From the NCBI GenBank assembly GCA_040954595.2, contig CM082582.2, positions 1,240,001 through 1,304,000 of the forward strand: a stretch of DNA of 64,000 bases, read 5' to 3'. The translations under genes were made by a program, and so were the position numbers. Each line of letters begins with the position of its first letter. Position 1 is the first letter of the stretch. Below the pieces are notes generated by a model that was given only the letters and a program-made list of their open reading frames with translations, was not told where the DNA came from and did not search any database. The DNA is from Balanoglossus misakiensis (taxonomy: Eukaryota > Animalia > Hemichordata). Positions 25,401 to 39,600 of the stretch are shown here, one piece after another.

Positions 25401-28400
25401 AATTTGTCATTTTTTGATGATTTTCACCCATGATTTTTTTTCAAAAATCGACGAACCTATGATTTTTTTCAAAATGGACGAAATTTTGTGATTTTACAAA
25501 GTCGAAAATTTTGTCATTTTTTGATGATTTTCAACCATGATTTTTTTTCAAAAATCGACGAAAATTTGAGATTTTGCAAAGACGAAAATTTGTCATTTTT
25601 GATGATTTTTACCCATGATTTTTATTCAAAAATGGACGAAATTTTGAGATTTTGCAAAGTCGAAAATTTGTCATTTTTTGATGATTTTCACCGATGATTT
25701 TTTCAAAAATCGACGAAATTTTGAGATTTTGCAAAGTCGAAAATTTGTCATATTTTGATGATTTTCACCAATGGTTTTTTTTTAAAAATCGACGAACCTA
25801 TGATTTTTTTCAAAATCGACGAAATTTTGTGATTTTACAAAGTCGAAAATTTTGTCATTTTTTGATGATTTTCACTATGATTTTTTTTCAAAAATCGACG
25901 AAATGTTGAGATTTTGCAAAGTCGAAAATTTGCCATTTTTGATGATTTTCACCCATATTATTTTTCAAAAACCGACGAAATTTTGAGATTTAGCAAAGAC
26001 GAAAATTTGTCATTTTTTGATGATTTTTACCCATGATTTTTTCAAAAATTGACGAAATTTTGAGATTTTGCAAAGTCGAAAATTTGTCATTTTTTGATGA
26101 TTTTCACCCAAGATTTTTTTCAAAAATCGACGAAATTTTAAGATTTTGCATAATCGAAAATGTGTCATTTTTTGATGATTTTTACCCATGATTTTTTTTC
26201 AAAAATCGACGAAATTTTGAGATTTTGCAAAGTCGAAAATTTGTCATTTTTTGATGATTTTCACCCATGTTTTTTTTTAAAAAATCGACGAACCTAGGAT
26301 TTTTTTCAAAATCGACGAAATTTTGTGATTTTACAAAGTCGAAAATTTTGTCATTTTTTGATGATTTTCAACCATGATTTTTTTTCAAAAATCGACGAAA
26401 ATTTGAGATTTTGCAAAGACGAAAATTTGTCATTTTTGATGATTTTTACCCATGATTTTTATTCAAAAATGGACGAAATTTTGAGATTTTGCAAAGACGA
26501 AAATTTGTCATTTTTTGATGATTTTCACCCATGATTTTTTTTTCAAAAATCGACGAAATTTTGAGATTTTGCAAAGTCGAAAATTTGTCATTTTTTGATG
26601 ATTTTGCCCCATGTTTTTTTTTTTAAATGGACGAAATTTTGAGATTTTGCAAAGACGAAAATTTTTCATTTTTTGATGATTTTCAACCATGTTTTTTTTT
26701 TTTAAAATCGACGAACCTATGATTTTTTTCAAAATCGACGAAATTTTGTGATTTTACAAAGTCGAAAATTTTGTCATTTTTTGATGATTTTCACCATGAT
26801 TTTTTTTCAAAAATCGACGAAATTTTGAGATTTTGCAAAGTCGAAAATTTGTCATTTTTTGATGATTTTCACCAATGTTTTTTTTTAAAAATCGACGAAC
26901 CCATGATTTTTTTCAAAATCGACGAAATTTTGAGATTTTGCAAAGTCGAAAATTTGTCATTTTTTGATGATTTTCACCATGATTTTTTTTCAAAAATCGA
27001 CGAAATTTTGAGATTTTGCAAAGTCGAAAATTTGTCATTTTTTGATGATTTTCACCCATGATTTTTTTTCAAAAATCGACGAAAATTTGAGATTTTGCAA
27101 AGACGAAAATTTGTCATTTTTGATGATTTTTACCCATGATTTTTATTCAAAAATGGACGAAATTTTGAGATTTTGCAAAGACGAAAATTTGTCATTTTTT
27201 GATGATTTTCACCCATGATTTTTTTTTCAAAAATCGACGAAATTTTGAGATTTTGCAAAGTCGAAAATTTGTCATTTTTTGATGATTTTGCCCCATGTTT
27301 TTTTTTTTAAATGGACGAAATTTTGAGATTTTGCAAAGACGAAAATTTTTCATTTTTTGATGATTTTCAACCATGTTTTTTTTTTAAAAATCGACGAACC
27401 TATGATTTTTTTCAAAATCGACGAAATTTTGTGATTTTACAAAGTCGAAAATTTTGTCATTTTTTGATGATTTTCAACCATTATTTTTTTTCAAAAATGG
27501 ACGAAATTTTGAGATTTTGAAAAGACGAAAATTTGTCATTTTTTGATGATTTTCACCATGATTTTTTTTCAAAAATCGACGAAATTTTGAGATTTTGCAA
27601 AGTCGAAAATTTGTCATTTTTTGATGATTTTCACCCATGATTTTTTTCAAAAATCGACGAAATTTTGAGATTTTGCACAGTCGAAAATTTGTCATTTTTT
27701 GATGATTTTCACCCATGATTTTTTTCAAAAATCGACGAAATGTTGAGATTTTGCAAAGTCGAAAATTTGTCATTTTTTGATGATTTTCTCCCATGATTTT
27801 TTTCAAAAATCGACGAAATTGTGAGATTTTGCAAAGTCGAAAATTTGTCATTTTTTGATGATTTTCACCCATGTTTTTTTTTTAAAAATCGACGAACCTA
27901 GGATTTTTTTCAAAATCGACGAAATTTTGTGATTTTACAAAGTCGAAAATTTTGTCATTTTTTGATGATTTTCAACCATGATTTTTTTTCAAAAATCGAC
28001 GAAAATTTGAGATTTTGCAAAGACGAAAATTTGTCATTTTTGATGATTTTTACCCATGATTTTTATTCAAAAATGGACGAAATTTTGAGATTTTGCAAAG
28101 ACGAAAATTTGTCATTTTTTGATGATTTTCACCCATGATTTTTTTTTCAAAAATCGACGAAATTTTGAGATTTTGCAAAGTCGAAAATTTGTCATTTTTT
28201 GATGATTTTGCCCCATGTTTTTTTTTTAAATGGACGAAATTTTGAGATTTTGCAAAGACGAAAATTTTTCATTTTTTGATGATTTTCAACCATGTTTTTT
28301 TTTTTAAAATCGACGAACCTATGATTTTTTTCAAAATCGACGAAATTTTGTGATTTTACAAAGTCGAAAATTTTGTCATTTTTTGATGATTTTCACCATG

Positions 28401-28730
28401 ATTTTTTTTCAAAAATCGACGAAATTTTGAGATTTTGCAAAGTCGAAAATTTGTCATTTTTTGATGATTTTCACCCATGATTTTTTCAAAAATCGACGAA
28501 ATTTTGAGATTTTGCAAAGTCGAAAATTTGTCATATTTTGATGATTTTCACCAATGTTTTTTTTTAAAAATCGACGAACCCATGATTTTTTTCAAAATCG
28601 ACGAAATTTTGAGATTTTGCATAATCGAAAATTTGTCATTTTTTGATGATTTTCACCCATGATTTTTTTTAAAAATGAACGAAATTTTGAGATTTTGCAA
28701 AGTCAAAAATTTGTCGTTTTTTGATGATTT

Positions 28731-31700
28731 TCAACCATTATTTTTTTTCAAAAATGGACGAAATTTTGAGATTTTGAAAAGACGAAAATTTGTCATTTTT
28801 TGATGATTTTCACCATGATTTTTTTTCAAAAATCGACGAAATTTTGAGATTTTGCAAAGTCGAAAATTTGTCATTTTTTGATGATTTTCACCATGATTTT
28901 TTTTCAAAAATCGACGAAATTTTGAGATTTTGCAAAGTCGAAAATTTGTCATTTTTTGATGATTTTCACCCATGATTTTTTTCAAAAATCGACGAAATGT
29001 TGAGATTCTGCAAAGTCGAAAATTTGTCATTTTTTGATGATTTTCACCCATGATTTTTTTTCAAAAATCGACGAAATTTTGAGATTTTGCATAATCGAAA
29101 ATGTGTCATTTTTTCATGATTTTCACCCATGATTTTTTTTCAAAAATCGACGAAATTTTGAGATTTTGCAAAGTCGAAAATTTGTCATTTTTTGATGATT
29201 TTCACCCATGTTTTTTTTTTAAAAATCGACGAACCTAGGATTTTTTTCAAAATCGACGAAATTTTGTGATTTTACAGAGTCGAAAATTTTGTCATTTTTT
29301 GATGATTTTCAACCATGATTTTTTTTCAAAAATTGACGAAAATTTGAGATTTTGCAAAGACGAAAATTTGTCATTTTTGATGATTTTTACCCATGATTTT
29401 TATTCAAAAATGGACGAAATTTTGAGATTTTGCAAAGACGAAAATTTGTCATTTTTTGATGATTTTCACCCATGATTTTTTTTTCAAAAATCGACGAAAT
29501 TTTGAGATTTTGCAAAGTCGAAAATTTGTCATTTTTTGATGATTTTGCCCCATGTTTTTTTTTTTAAATGGACGAAATTTTGAGATTTTGCAAAGACGAA
29601 AATTTTTCATTTTTTGATGATTTTCAACCATGTTTTTTTTTTAAAAATCGACGAACCTATGATTTTTTTCAAAATCGACGAAATTTTGTGATTTTACAAA
29701 GTCGAAAATTTTGTCATTTTTTGATGATTTTCAACCATTATTTTTTTTCAAAAATGGACGAAATTTTGAGATTTTGAAAAGACGAAAATTTGTCATTTTT
29801 TGATGATTTTCACCATGATTTTTTTTCAAAAATCGACGAAATTTTGAGATTTTGCAAAGTCGAAAATTTGTAATTTTTTGATGATTTTCACCATGATTTT
29901 TTTTCAAAAACCGACGAAATTTTGAGATTTAGCAAAGACGAAAATTTGTCATTTTTTGATGATTTTTACCCATGATTTTTTCAAAAATCGACGAAATTTT
30001 GAGATTTTGCAAAGTCGAAAATTTGTCATTTTTTGATGATTTTCACCCATGATTTTTTTCAAAAATCGACGAAATTTTAAGATTTTGCAAAGACGAAAAT
30101 TTGTCATTTTTTGATGATTTTTACCCATGATTTTTTTTCAAAAATCGACGAAATTTTTAGATTTTTCAAAGTCGAAAATGTGTCATTTTTTCATGATTTT
30201 CACCCATGATTTTTTTTCAAAAATCGACGAAATTTTGAGATTTTGCATAATCGAAAATGTGTCATTTTTTGATGATTTTTACCCATGATTTTTTTTCAAA
30301 AATCGACGAAATTTTGAGATTTTGTAAAGTCGAAAATTTGTCATTTTTTGATGATTTTCACCCATGTTTTTTTTTTACAAATCGACGAACCTATGATTTT
30401 TTTCAAAATGGACGAAATTTTGTGATTTTACAAAGTCGAAAATTTTGTCATTTTTTGATGATTTTCAACCATGATTTTTTTTCAAAAATCGACGAAAATT
30501 TGAGATTTTGCAAAGACGAAAATTTGTCATTTTTGATGATTTTCAACCATTATTTTTTTTCAAAAATGGACGAAATTTTGAGATTTTGAAAAGACGAAAA
30601 TTTGTCATTTTTTGATGATTTTCACCATGATTTTTTTTCAAAAATCGACGAAATTTTGAGATTTTGCAAAGTCGAAAATTTGTCATTTTTTGATGATTTT
30701 CACCATGATTTTTTTTCAAAAATCGACGAAATTTTGAGATTTTGCAAAGTCGAAAATTTGTCATTTTTTGATGATTTTCACCCATGATTTTTTTCAAAAA
30801 TCGACGAAATGTTGAGATTCTGCAAAGTCGAAAATTTGTCATTTTTTGATGATTTTCACCCATGATTTTTTTTCAAAAATCGACGAAATTTTGAGATTTT
30901 GCATAATCGAAAATGTGTCATTTTTTCATGATTTTCACCCATGATTTTTTTTCAAAAATCGACGAAATTTTGAGATTTTGCAAAGTCGAAAATTTGTCAT
31001 TTTTTGATGATTTTCACCCATGTTTTTTTTTTAAAAATCGACGAACCTAGGATTTTTTTCAAAATCGACGAAATTTTGTGATTTTACAGAGTCGAAAATT
31101 TTGTCATTTTTTGATGATTTTCAACCATGATTTTTTTTCAAAAATTGACGAAAATTTGAGATTTTGCAAAGACGAAAATTTGTCATTTTTGATGATTTTT
31201 ACCCATGATTTTTATTCAAAAATGGACGAAATTTTGAGATTTTGCAAAGACGAAAATTTGTCATTTTTTGATGATTTTCACCCATGATTTTTTTTTCAAA
31301 AATCGACGAAATTTTGAGATTTTGCAAAGTCGAAAATTTGTCATTTTTTGATGATTTTGCCCCATGTTTTTTTTTTTAAATGGACGAAATTTTGAGATTT
31401 TGCAAAGACGAAAATTTTTCATTTTTTGATGATTTTCAACCATGTTTTTTTTTTAAAAATCGACGAACCTATGATTTTTTTCAAAATCGACGAAATTTTG
31501 TGATTTTACAAAGTCGAAAATTTTGTCATTTTTTGATGATTTTCAACCATTATTTTTTTTCAAAAATGGACGAAATTTTGAGATTTTGAAAAGACGAAAA
31601 TTTGTCATTTTTTGATGATTTTCACCATGATTTTTTTTCAAAAATCGACGAAATTTTGAGATTTTGCAAAGTCGAAAATTTGTAATTTTTTGATGATTTT

Positions 31701-32354
31701 CACCATGATTTTTTTTCAAAAACCGACGAAATTTTGAGATTTAGCAAAGACGAAAATTTGTCATTTTTTGATGATTTTTACCCATGATTTTTTCAAAAAT
31801 CGACGAAATTTTGAGATTTTGCAAAGTCGAAAATTTGTCATTTTTTGATGATTTTCACCCATGATTTTTTTCAAAAATCGACGAAATTTTAAGATTTTGC
31901 AAAGACGAAAATTTGTCATTTTTTGATGATTTTTACCCATGATTTTTTTTCAAAAATCGACGAAATTTTTAGATTTTTCAAAGTCGAAAATGTGTCATTT
32001 TTTCATGATTTTCACCCATGATTTTTTTTCAAAAATCGACGAAATTTTGAGATTTTGCATAATCGAAAATGTGTCATTTTTTGATGATTTTTACCCATGA
32101 TTTTTTTTCAAAAATCGACGAAATTTTGAGATTTTGTAAAGTCGAAAATTTGTCATTTTTTGATGATTTTCACCCATGTTTTTTTTTTACAAATCGACGA
32201 ACCTATGATTTTTTTCAAAATGGACGAAATTTTGTGATTTTACAAAGTCGAAAATTTTGTCATTTTTTGATGATTTTCAACCATGATTTTTTTTCAAAAA
32301 TCGACGAAAATTTGAGATTTTGCAAAGACGAAAATTTGTCATTTTTGATGATTT
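28731..32354 (+). repeat. Tandem block duplication, period 1812 bp (2 copies)
   Basis: ORF pairs 28731/30543, 29266/31078, 29568/31380 and 30257/32069. The private variant TTACAGAGTCG occurs at ~29272 and ~31084. Confidence 0.9.
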
Positions 32355-35300
32355 TTACCCATGATTTTTATTCAAAAATGGACGAAATTTTGAGATTTTG
32401 CAAAGTCGAAAATTTGTCATTTTTTGATGATTTTCACCGATGATTTTTTCAAAAATCGACGAAATTTTGAGATTTTGCAAAGTCGAAAATTTGTCATATT
32501 TTGATGATTTTCACCAATGGTTTTTTTTTAAAAATCGACGAACCTATGATTTTTTTCAAAATCGACGAAATTTTGTGATTTTACAAAGTCGAAAATTTTG
32601 TCATTTTTTGATGATTTTCACTATGATTTTTTTTCAAAAATCGACGAAATGTTGAGATTTTGCAAAGTCGAAAATTTGTCATTTTTTGATGATTTTCACC
32701 CATATTATTTTTCAAAAACCGACGAAATTTTGAGATTTAGCAAAGACGAAAATTTGTCATTTTTTGATGATTTTTACCCATGATTTTTTCAAAAATTGAC
32801 GAAATTTTGAGATTTTGCAAAGTCGAAAATTTGTCATTTTTTGATGATTTTCACCCAAGATTTTTTTCAAAAATCGACGAAATTTTAAGATTTTGCATAA
32901 TCGAAAATGTGTCATTTTTTGATGATTTTTACCCATGATTTTTTTTCAAAAATCGACGAAATTTTGAGATTTTGCAAAGTCGAAAATTTGTCATTTTTTG
33001 ATGATTTTCACCCATGTTTTTTTTTAAAAAATCGACGAACCTAGGATTTTTTTCAAAATCGACGAAATTTTGTGATTTTACAAAGTCGAAAATTTTGTCA
33101 TTTTTTGATGATTTTCAACCATGATTTTTTTTCAAAAATCGACGAAAATTTGAGATTTTGCAAAGACGAAAATTTGTCATTTTTGATGATTTTTACCCAT
33201 GATTTTTATTCAAAAATGGACGAAATTTTGAGATTTTGCAAAGACGAAAATTTGTCATTTTTTGATGATTTTCACCCATGATTTTTTTTTCAAAAATCGA
33301 CGAAATTTTGAGATTTTGCAAAGTCGAAAATTTGTCATTTTTTGATGATTTTGCCCCATGTTTTTTTTTTTAAATGGACGAAATTTTGAGATTTTGCAAA
33401 GACGAAAATTTTTCATTTTTTGATGATTTTCAACCATGTTTTTTTTTTTTAAAATCGACGAACCTATGATTTTTTTCAAAATCGACGAAATTTTGTGATT
33501 TTACAAAGTCGAAAATTTTGTCATTTTTTGATGATTTTCACCATGATTTTTTTTCAAAAATCGACGAAATTTTGAGATTTTGCAAAGTCGAAAATTTGTC
33601 ATTTTTTGATGATTTTCACCAATGTTTTTTTTTAAAAATCGACGAACCCATGATTTTTTTCAAAATCGACGAAATTTTGAGATTTTGCATAATCGAAAAT
33701 TTGTCATTTTTTGATGATTTTCACCCATGATTTTTTTTAAAAATGAACGAAATTTTGAGATTTTGCAAAGTCAAAAATTTGTCGTTTTTTGATGATTTTC
33801 AACCATTATTTTTTTTCAAAAATGGACGAAATTTTGAGATTTTGCAAAGTCGAAAATTTGTCATTTTTTGATGATTTTCACCATGATTTTTTTTCAAAAA
33901 TCGACGAAATTTTGAGATTTTGCAAAGTCGAAAATTTGTCATTTTTTGATGATTTTCACCCATGATTTTTTTTCAAAAATCGACGAAAATTTGAGATTTT
34001 GCAAAGACGAAAATTTGTCATTTTTGATGATTTTTACCCATGATTTTTATTCAAAAATGGACGAAATTTTGAGATTTTGCAAAGACGAAAATTTGTCATT
34101 TTTTGATGATTTTCACCCATGATTTTTTTTCAAAAATCGACGAAATTTTGAGATTTTGCAAAGTCGAAAATTTGTAATTTTTTGATGATTTTCACCATGA
34201 TTTTTTTTCAAAAACCGACGAAATTTTGAGATTTAGCAAAGACGAAAATTTGTCATTTTTTGATGATTTTTACCCATGATTTTTTCAAAAATCGACGAAA
34301 TTTTGAGATTTTGCAAAGTCGAAAATTTGTCATTTTTTGATGATTTTCACCCATGATTTTTTTCAAAAATCGACGAAATTTTAAGATTTTGCAAAGACGA
34401 AAATTTGTCATTTTTTGATGATTTTTACCCATGATTTTTTTTCAAAAATCGACGAAATTTTTAGATTTTTCAAAGTCGAAAATGTGTCATTTTTTCATGA
34501 TTTTCACCCATGATTTTTTTTCAAAAATCGACGAAATTTTGAGATTTTGCATAATCGAAAATGTGTCATTTTTTGATGATTTTTACCCATGATTTTTTTT
34601 CAAAAATCGACGAAATTTTGAGATTTTGTAAAGTCGAAAATTTGTCATTTTTTGATGATTTTCACCCATGTTTTTTTTTTACAAATCGACGAACCTATGA
34701 TTTTTTTCAAAATGGACGAAATTTTGTGATTTTACAAAGTCGAAAATTTTGTCATTTTTTGATGATTTTCAACCATGATTTTTTTTCAAAAATCGACGAA
34801 AATTTGAGATTTTGCAAAGACGAAAATTTGTCATTTTTGATGATTTTTACCCATGATTTTTATTCAAAAATGGACGAAATTTTGAGATTTTGCAAAGTCG
34901 AAAATTTGTCATTTTTTGATGATTTTCACCGATGATTTTTTCAAAAATCGACGAAATTTTGAGATTTTGCAAAGTCGAAAATTTGTCATATTTTGATGAT
35001 TTTCACCAATGGTTTTTTTTTAAAAATCGACGAACCTATGATTTTTTTCAAAATCGACGAAATTTTGTGATTTTACAAAGTCGAAAATTTTGTCATTTTT
35101 TGATGATTTTCACTATGATTTTTTTTCAAAAATCGACGAAATGTTGAGATTTTGCAAAGTCGAAAATTTGTCATTTTTTGATGATTTTCACCCATATTAT
35201 TTTTCAAAAACCGACGAAATTTTGAGATTTAGCAAAGACGAAAATTTGTCATTTTTTGATGATTTTTACCCATGATTTTTTCAAAAATTGACGAAATTTT

Positions 35301-36610
35301 GAGATTTTGCAAAGTCGAAAATTTGTCATTTTTTGATGATTTTCACCCAAGATTTTTTTCAAAAATCGACGAAATTTTAAGATTTTGCATAATCGAAAAT
35401 GTGTCATTTTTTGATGATTTTTACCCATGATTTTTTTTCAAAAATCGACGAAATTTTGAGATTTTGCAAAGTCGAAAATTTGTCATTTTTTGATGATTTT
35501 CACCCATGTTTTTTTTTAAAAAATCGACGAACCTAGGATTTTTTTCAAAATCGACGAAATTTTGTGATTTTACAAAGTCGAAAATTTTGTCATTTTTTGA
35601 TGATTTTCAACCATGATTTTTTTTCAAAAATCGACGAAAATTTGAGATTTTGCAAAGACGAAAATTTGTCATTTTTGATGATTTTTACCCATGATTTTTA
35701 TTCAAAAATGGACGAAATTTTGAGATTTTGCAAAGACGAAAATTTGTCATTTTTTGATGATTTTCACCCATGATTTTTTTTTCAAAAATCGACGAAATTT
35801 TGAGATTTTGCAAAGTCGAAAATTTGTCATTTTTTGATGATTTTGCCCCATGTTTTTTTTTTTAAATGGACGAAATTTTGAGATTTTGCAAAGACGAAAA
35901 TTTTTCATTTTTTGATGATTTTCAACCATGTTTTTTTTTTTTAAAATCGACGAACCTATGATTTTTTTCAAAATCGACGAAATTTTGTGATTTTACAAAG
36001 TCGAAAATTTTGTCATTTTTTGATGATTTTCACCATGATTTTTTTTCAAAAATCGACGAAATTTTGAGATTTTGCAAAGTCGAAAATTTGTCATTTTTTG
36101 ATGATTTTCACCAATGTTTTTTTTTAAAAATCGACGAACCCATGATTTTTTTCAAAATCGACGAAATTTTGAGATTTTGCATAATCGAAAATTTGTCATT
36201 TTTTGATGATTTTCACCCATGATTTTTTTTAAAAATGAACGAAATTTTGAGATTTTGCAAAGTCAAAAATTTGTCGTTTTTTGATGATTTTCAACCATTA
36301 TTTTTTTTCAAAAATGGACGAAATTTTGAGATTTTGCAAAGTCGAAAATTTGTCATTTTTTGATGATTTTCACCATGATTTTTTTTCAAAAATCGACGAA
36401 ATTTTGAGATTTTGCAAAGTCGAAAATTTGTCATTTTTTGATGATTTTCACCCATGATTTTTTTTCAAAAATCGACGAAAATTTGAGATTTTGCAAAGAC
36501 GAAAATTTGTCATTTTTGATGATTTTTACCCATGATTTTTATTCAAAAATGGACGAAATTTTGAGATTTTGCAAAGACGAAAATTTGTCATTTTTTGATG
36601 ATTTTCACCC
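31626..36610 (+). repeat. Tandem block duplication, period 2492 bp (2 copies), with a further partial copy ~3676 bp downstream
   Basis: ORF pairs 32069/34561, 32440/34932, 33072/35564 and 33518/36010; then 34561/38237 and 35564/39241. Confidence 0.88.
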
Positions 36611-39600
36611 ATGATTTTTTTTTCAAAAATCGACGAAATTTTGAGATTTTGCAAAGTCGAAAATTTGTCATTTTTTGATGATTTTGCCCCATGTTTTTTT
36701 TTTTAAATGGACGAAATTTTGTGATTTTGCAAAGACGAAAATTTTTCATTTTTTGATGATTTTCAACCATGTTTTTTTTTTAAAAATCGACGAACCTATG
36801 ATTTTTTTCAAAATCGACGAAATTTTGTGATTTTACAAAGTCGAAAATTTTGTCATTTTTTGATGATTTTCAACCATTATTTTTTTTCAAAAATGGACGA
36901 AATTTTGAGATTTTGAAAAGACGAAAATTTGTCATTTTTTGATGATTTTCACCATGATTTTTTTTCAAAAATCGACGAAATTTTGAGATTTTGCAAAGTC
37001 GAAAATTTGTCATTTTTTGATGATTTTCACCATGATTTTTTTTCAAAAATCGACGAAATTTTGAGATTTTGCTAAGTCGAAAATTTGTCATTTTTTGATG
37101 ATTTTCACCCATGATTTTTTTCAAAAATCGACGAAATTTTGAGATTTTGCACAGTCGAAAATTTGTCATTTTTTGATGATTTTCACCCATGATTTTTTTT
37201 CAAAAATCGACGAAATTTTGAGATTTTGCATAATCGAAAATGTGTCATTTTTTGATGATTTTCACCCATATTATTTTTCAAAAACCGACGAAATTTTGAG
37301 ATTTAGCAAAGACGAAAATTTGTCATTTTTTGATGATTTTTACCCATGATTTTTTCAAAAATCGACGAAATTTTGAGATTTTGCAAAGTCGAAAATTTGT
37401 CATTTTTTGATGATTTTGCCCCATGTTTTTTTTTTTAAATGGACGAAATTTTGAGATTTTGCAAAGACGAAAATTTTTCATTTTTTGATGATTTTCAACC
37501 ATGTTTTTTTTTTTTAAAATCGACGAACCTATGATTTTTTTCAAAATCGACGAAATTTTGTGATTTTACAAAGTCGAAAATTTTGTCATTTTTTGATGAT
37601 TTTCACCTTGATTTTTTTTCAAAAATCGACGAAATTTTGAGATTTTGCAAAGTCGAAAATTTGTCATTTTTTGATGATTTTCACCAATGTTTTTTTTTAA
37701 AAATCGACGAACCCATGATTTTTTTCAAAAATCGACGAAATTTTGAGATTTTGCAAAGTCAAAAATTTGTCGTTTTTTGATGATTTTCAACCATTATTTT
37801 TTTTCAAAAATGGACGAAATTTTGAGATTTTGCAAAGTCGAAAATTTGTCATTTTTTGATGATTTTCACCATGATTTTTTTTCAAAAATCGACGAAATTT
37901 TGAGATTTTGCAAAGTCGAAAATTTGTCATTTTTTGATGATTTTCACCCATGATTTTTTTTCAAAAATCGACGAAAATTTGAGATTTTGCAAAGACGAAA
38001 ATTTGTCATTTTTGATGATTTTTACCCATGATTTTTATTCAAAAATGGACGAAATTTTGAGATTTTGCAAAGACGAAAATTTGTCATTTTTTGATGATTT
38101 TTACCCATGATTTTTTTTCAAAAATCGACGAAATTTTTAGATTTTTCAAAGTCGAAAATGTGTCATTTTTTCATGATTTTCACCCATGATTTTTTTTCAA
38201 AAATCGACGAAATTTTGAGATTTTGCATAATCGAAAATGTGTCATTTTTTGATGATTTTTACCCATGATTTTTTTTCAAAAATCGACGAAATTTTGAGAT
38301 TTTGCAAAGTCGAAAATTTGTCATTTTTTGATGATTTTCACCCATGTTTTTTTTTTACAAATCGACGAACCTATGATTTTTTTCAAAATGGACGAAATTT
38401 TGTGATTTTACAAAGTCGAAAATTTTGTCATTTTTTGATGATTTTCAACCATGATTTTTTTTCAAAAATCGACGAAAATTTGAGATTTTGCAAAGACGAA
38501 AATTTGTCATTTTTGATGATTTTTACCCATGATTTTTATTCAAAAATGGACGAAATTTTGAGATTTTGCAAAGTCGAAAATTTGTCATTTTTTGATGATT
38601 TTCACCGATGATTTTTTTCAAAAATCGACGAAATTTTGAGATTTTGCAAAGTCGAAAATTTGTCATATTTTGATGATTTTCACCAATGGTTTTTTTTTAA
38701 AAATCGACGAACCTATGATTTTTTTCAAAATCGACGAAATTTTGTGATTTTACAAAGTCGAAAATTTTGTCATTTTTTGATGATTTTCACTATGATTTTT
38801 TTTCAAAAATCGACGAAATGTTGAGATTTTGCAAAGTCGAAAATTTGTCATTTTTTGATGATTTTCACCCATATTATTTTTCAAAAACCGACGAAATTTT
38901 GAGATTTAGCAAAGACGAAAATTTGTCATTTTTTGATGATTTTTACCCATGATTTTTTCAAAAATTGACGAAATTTTGAGATTTTGCAAAGTCGAAAATT
39001 TGTCATTTTTTGATGATTTTCACCCAAGATTTTTTTCAAAAATCGACGAAATTTTAAGATTTTGCATAATCGAAAATGTGTCATTTTTTGATGATTTTTA
39101 CCCATGATTTTTTTTCAAAAATCGACGAAATTTTGAGATTTTGCAAAGTCGAAAATTTGTCATTTTTTGATGATTTTCACCCATGTTTTTTTTTAAAAAA
39201 TCGACGAACCTAGGATTTTTTTCAAAATCGACGAAATTTTGTGATTTTACAAAGTCGAAAATTTTGTCATTTTTTGATGATTTTCAACCATGATTTTTTT
39301 TCAAAAATCGACGAAAATTTGAGATTTTGCAAAGACGAAAATTTGTCATTTTTGATGATTTTTACCCATGATTTTTATTCAAAAATGGACGAAATTTTGA
39401 GATTTTGCAAAGACGAAAATTTGTCATTTTTTGATGATTTTCACCCATGATTTTTTTTTCAAAAATCGACGAAATTTTGAGATTTTGCAAAGTCGAAAAT
39501 TTGTCATTTTTTGATGATTTTGCCCCATGTTTTTTTTTTTAAATGGACGAAATTTTGAGATTTTGCAAAGACGAAAATTTTTCATTTTTTGATGATTTTC

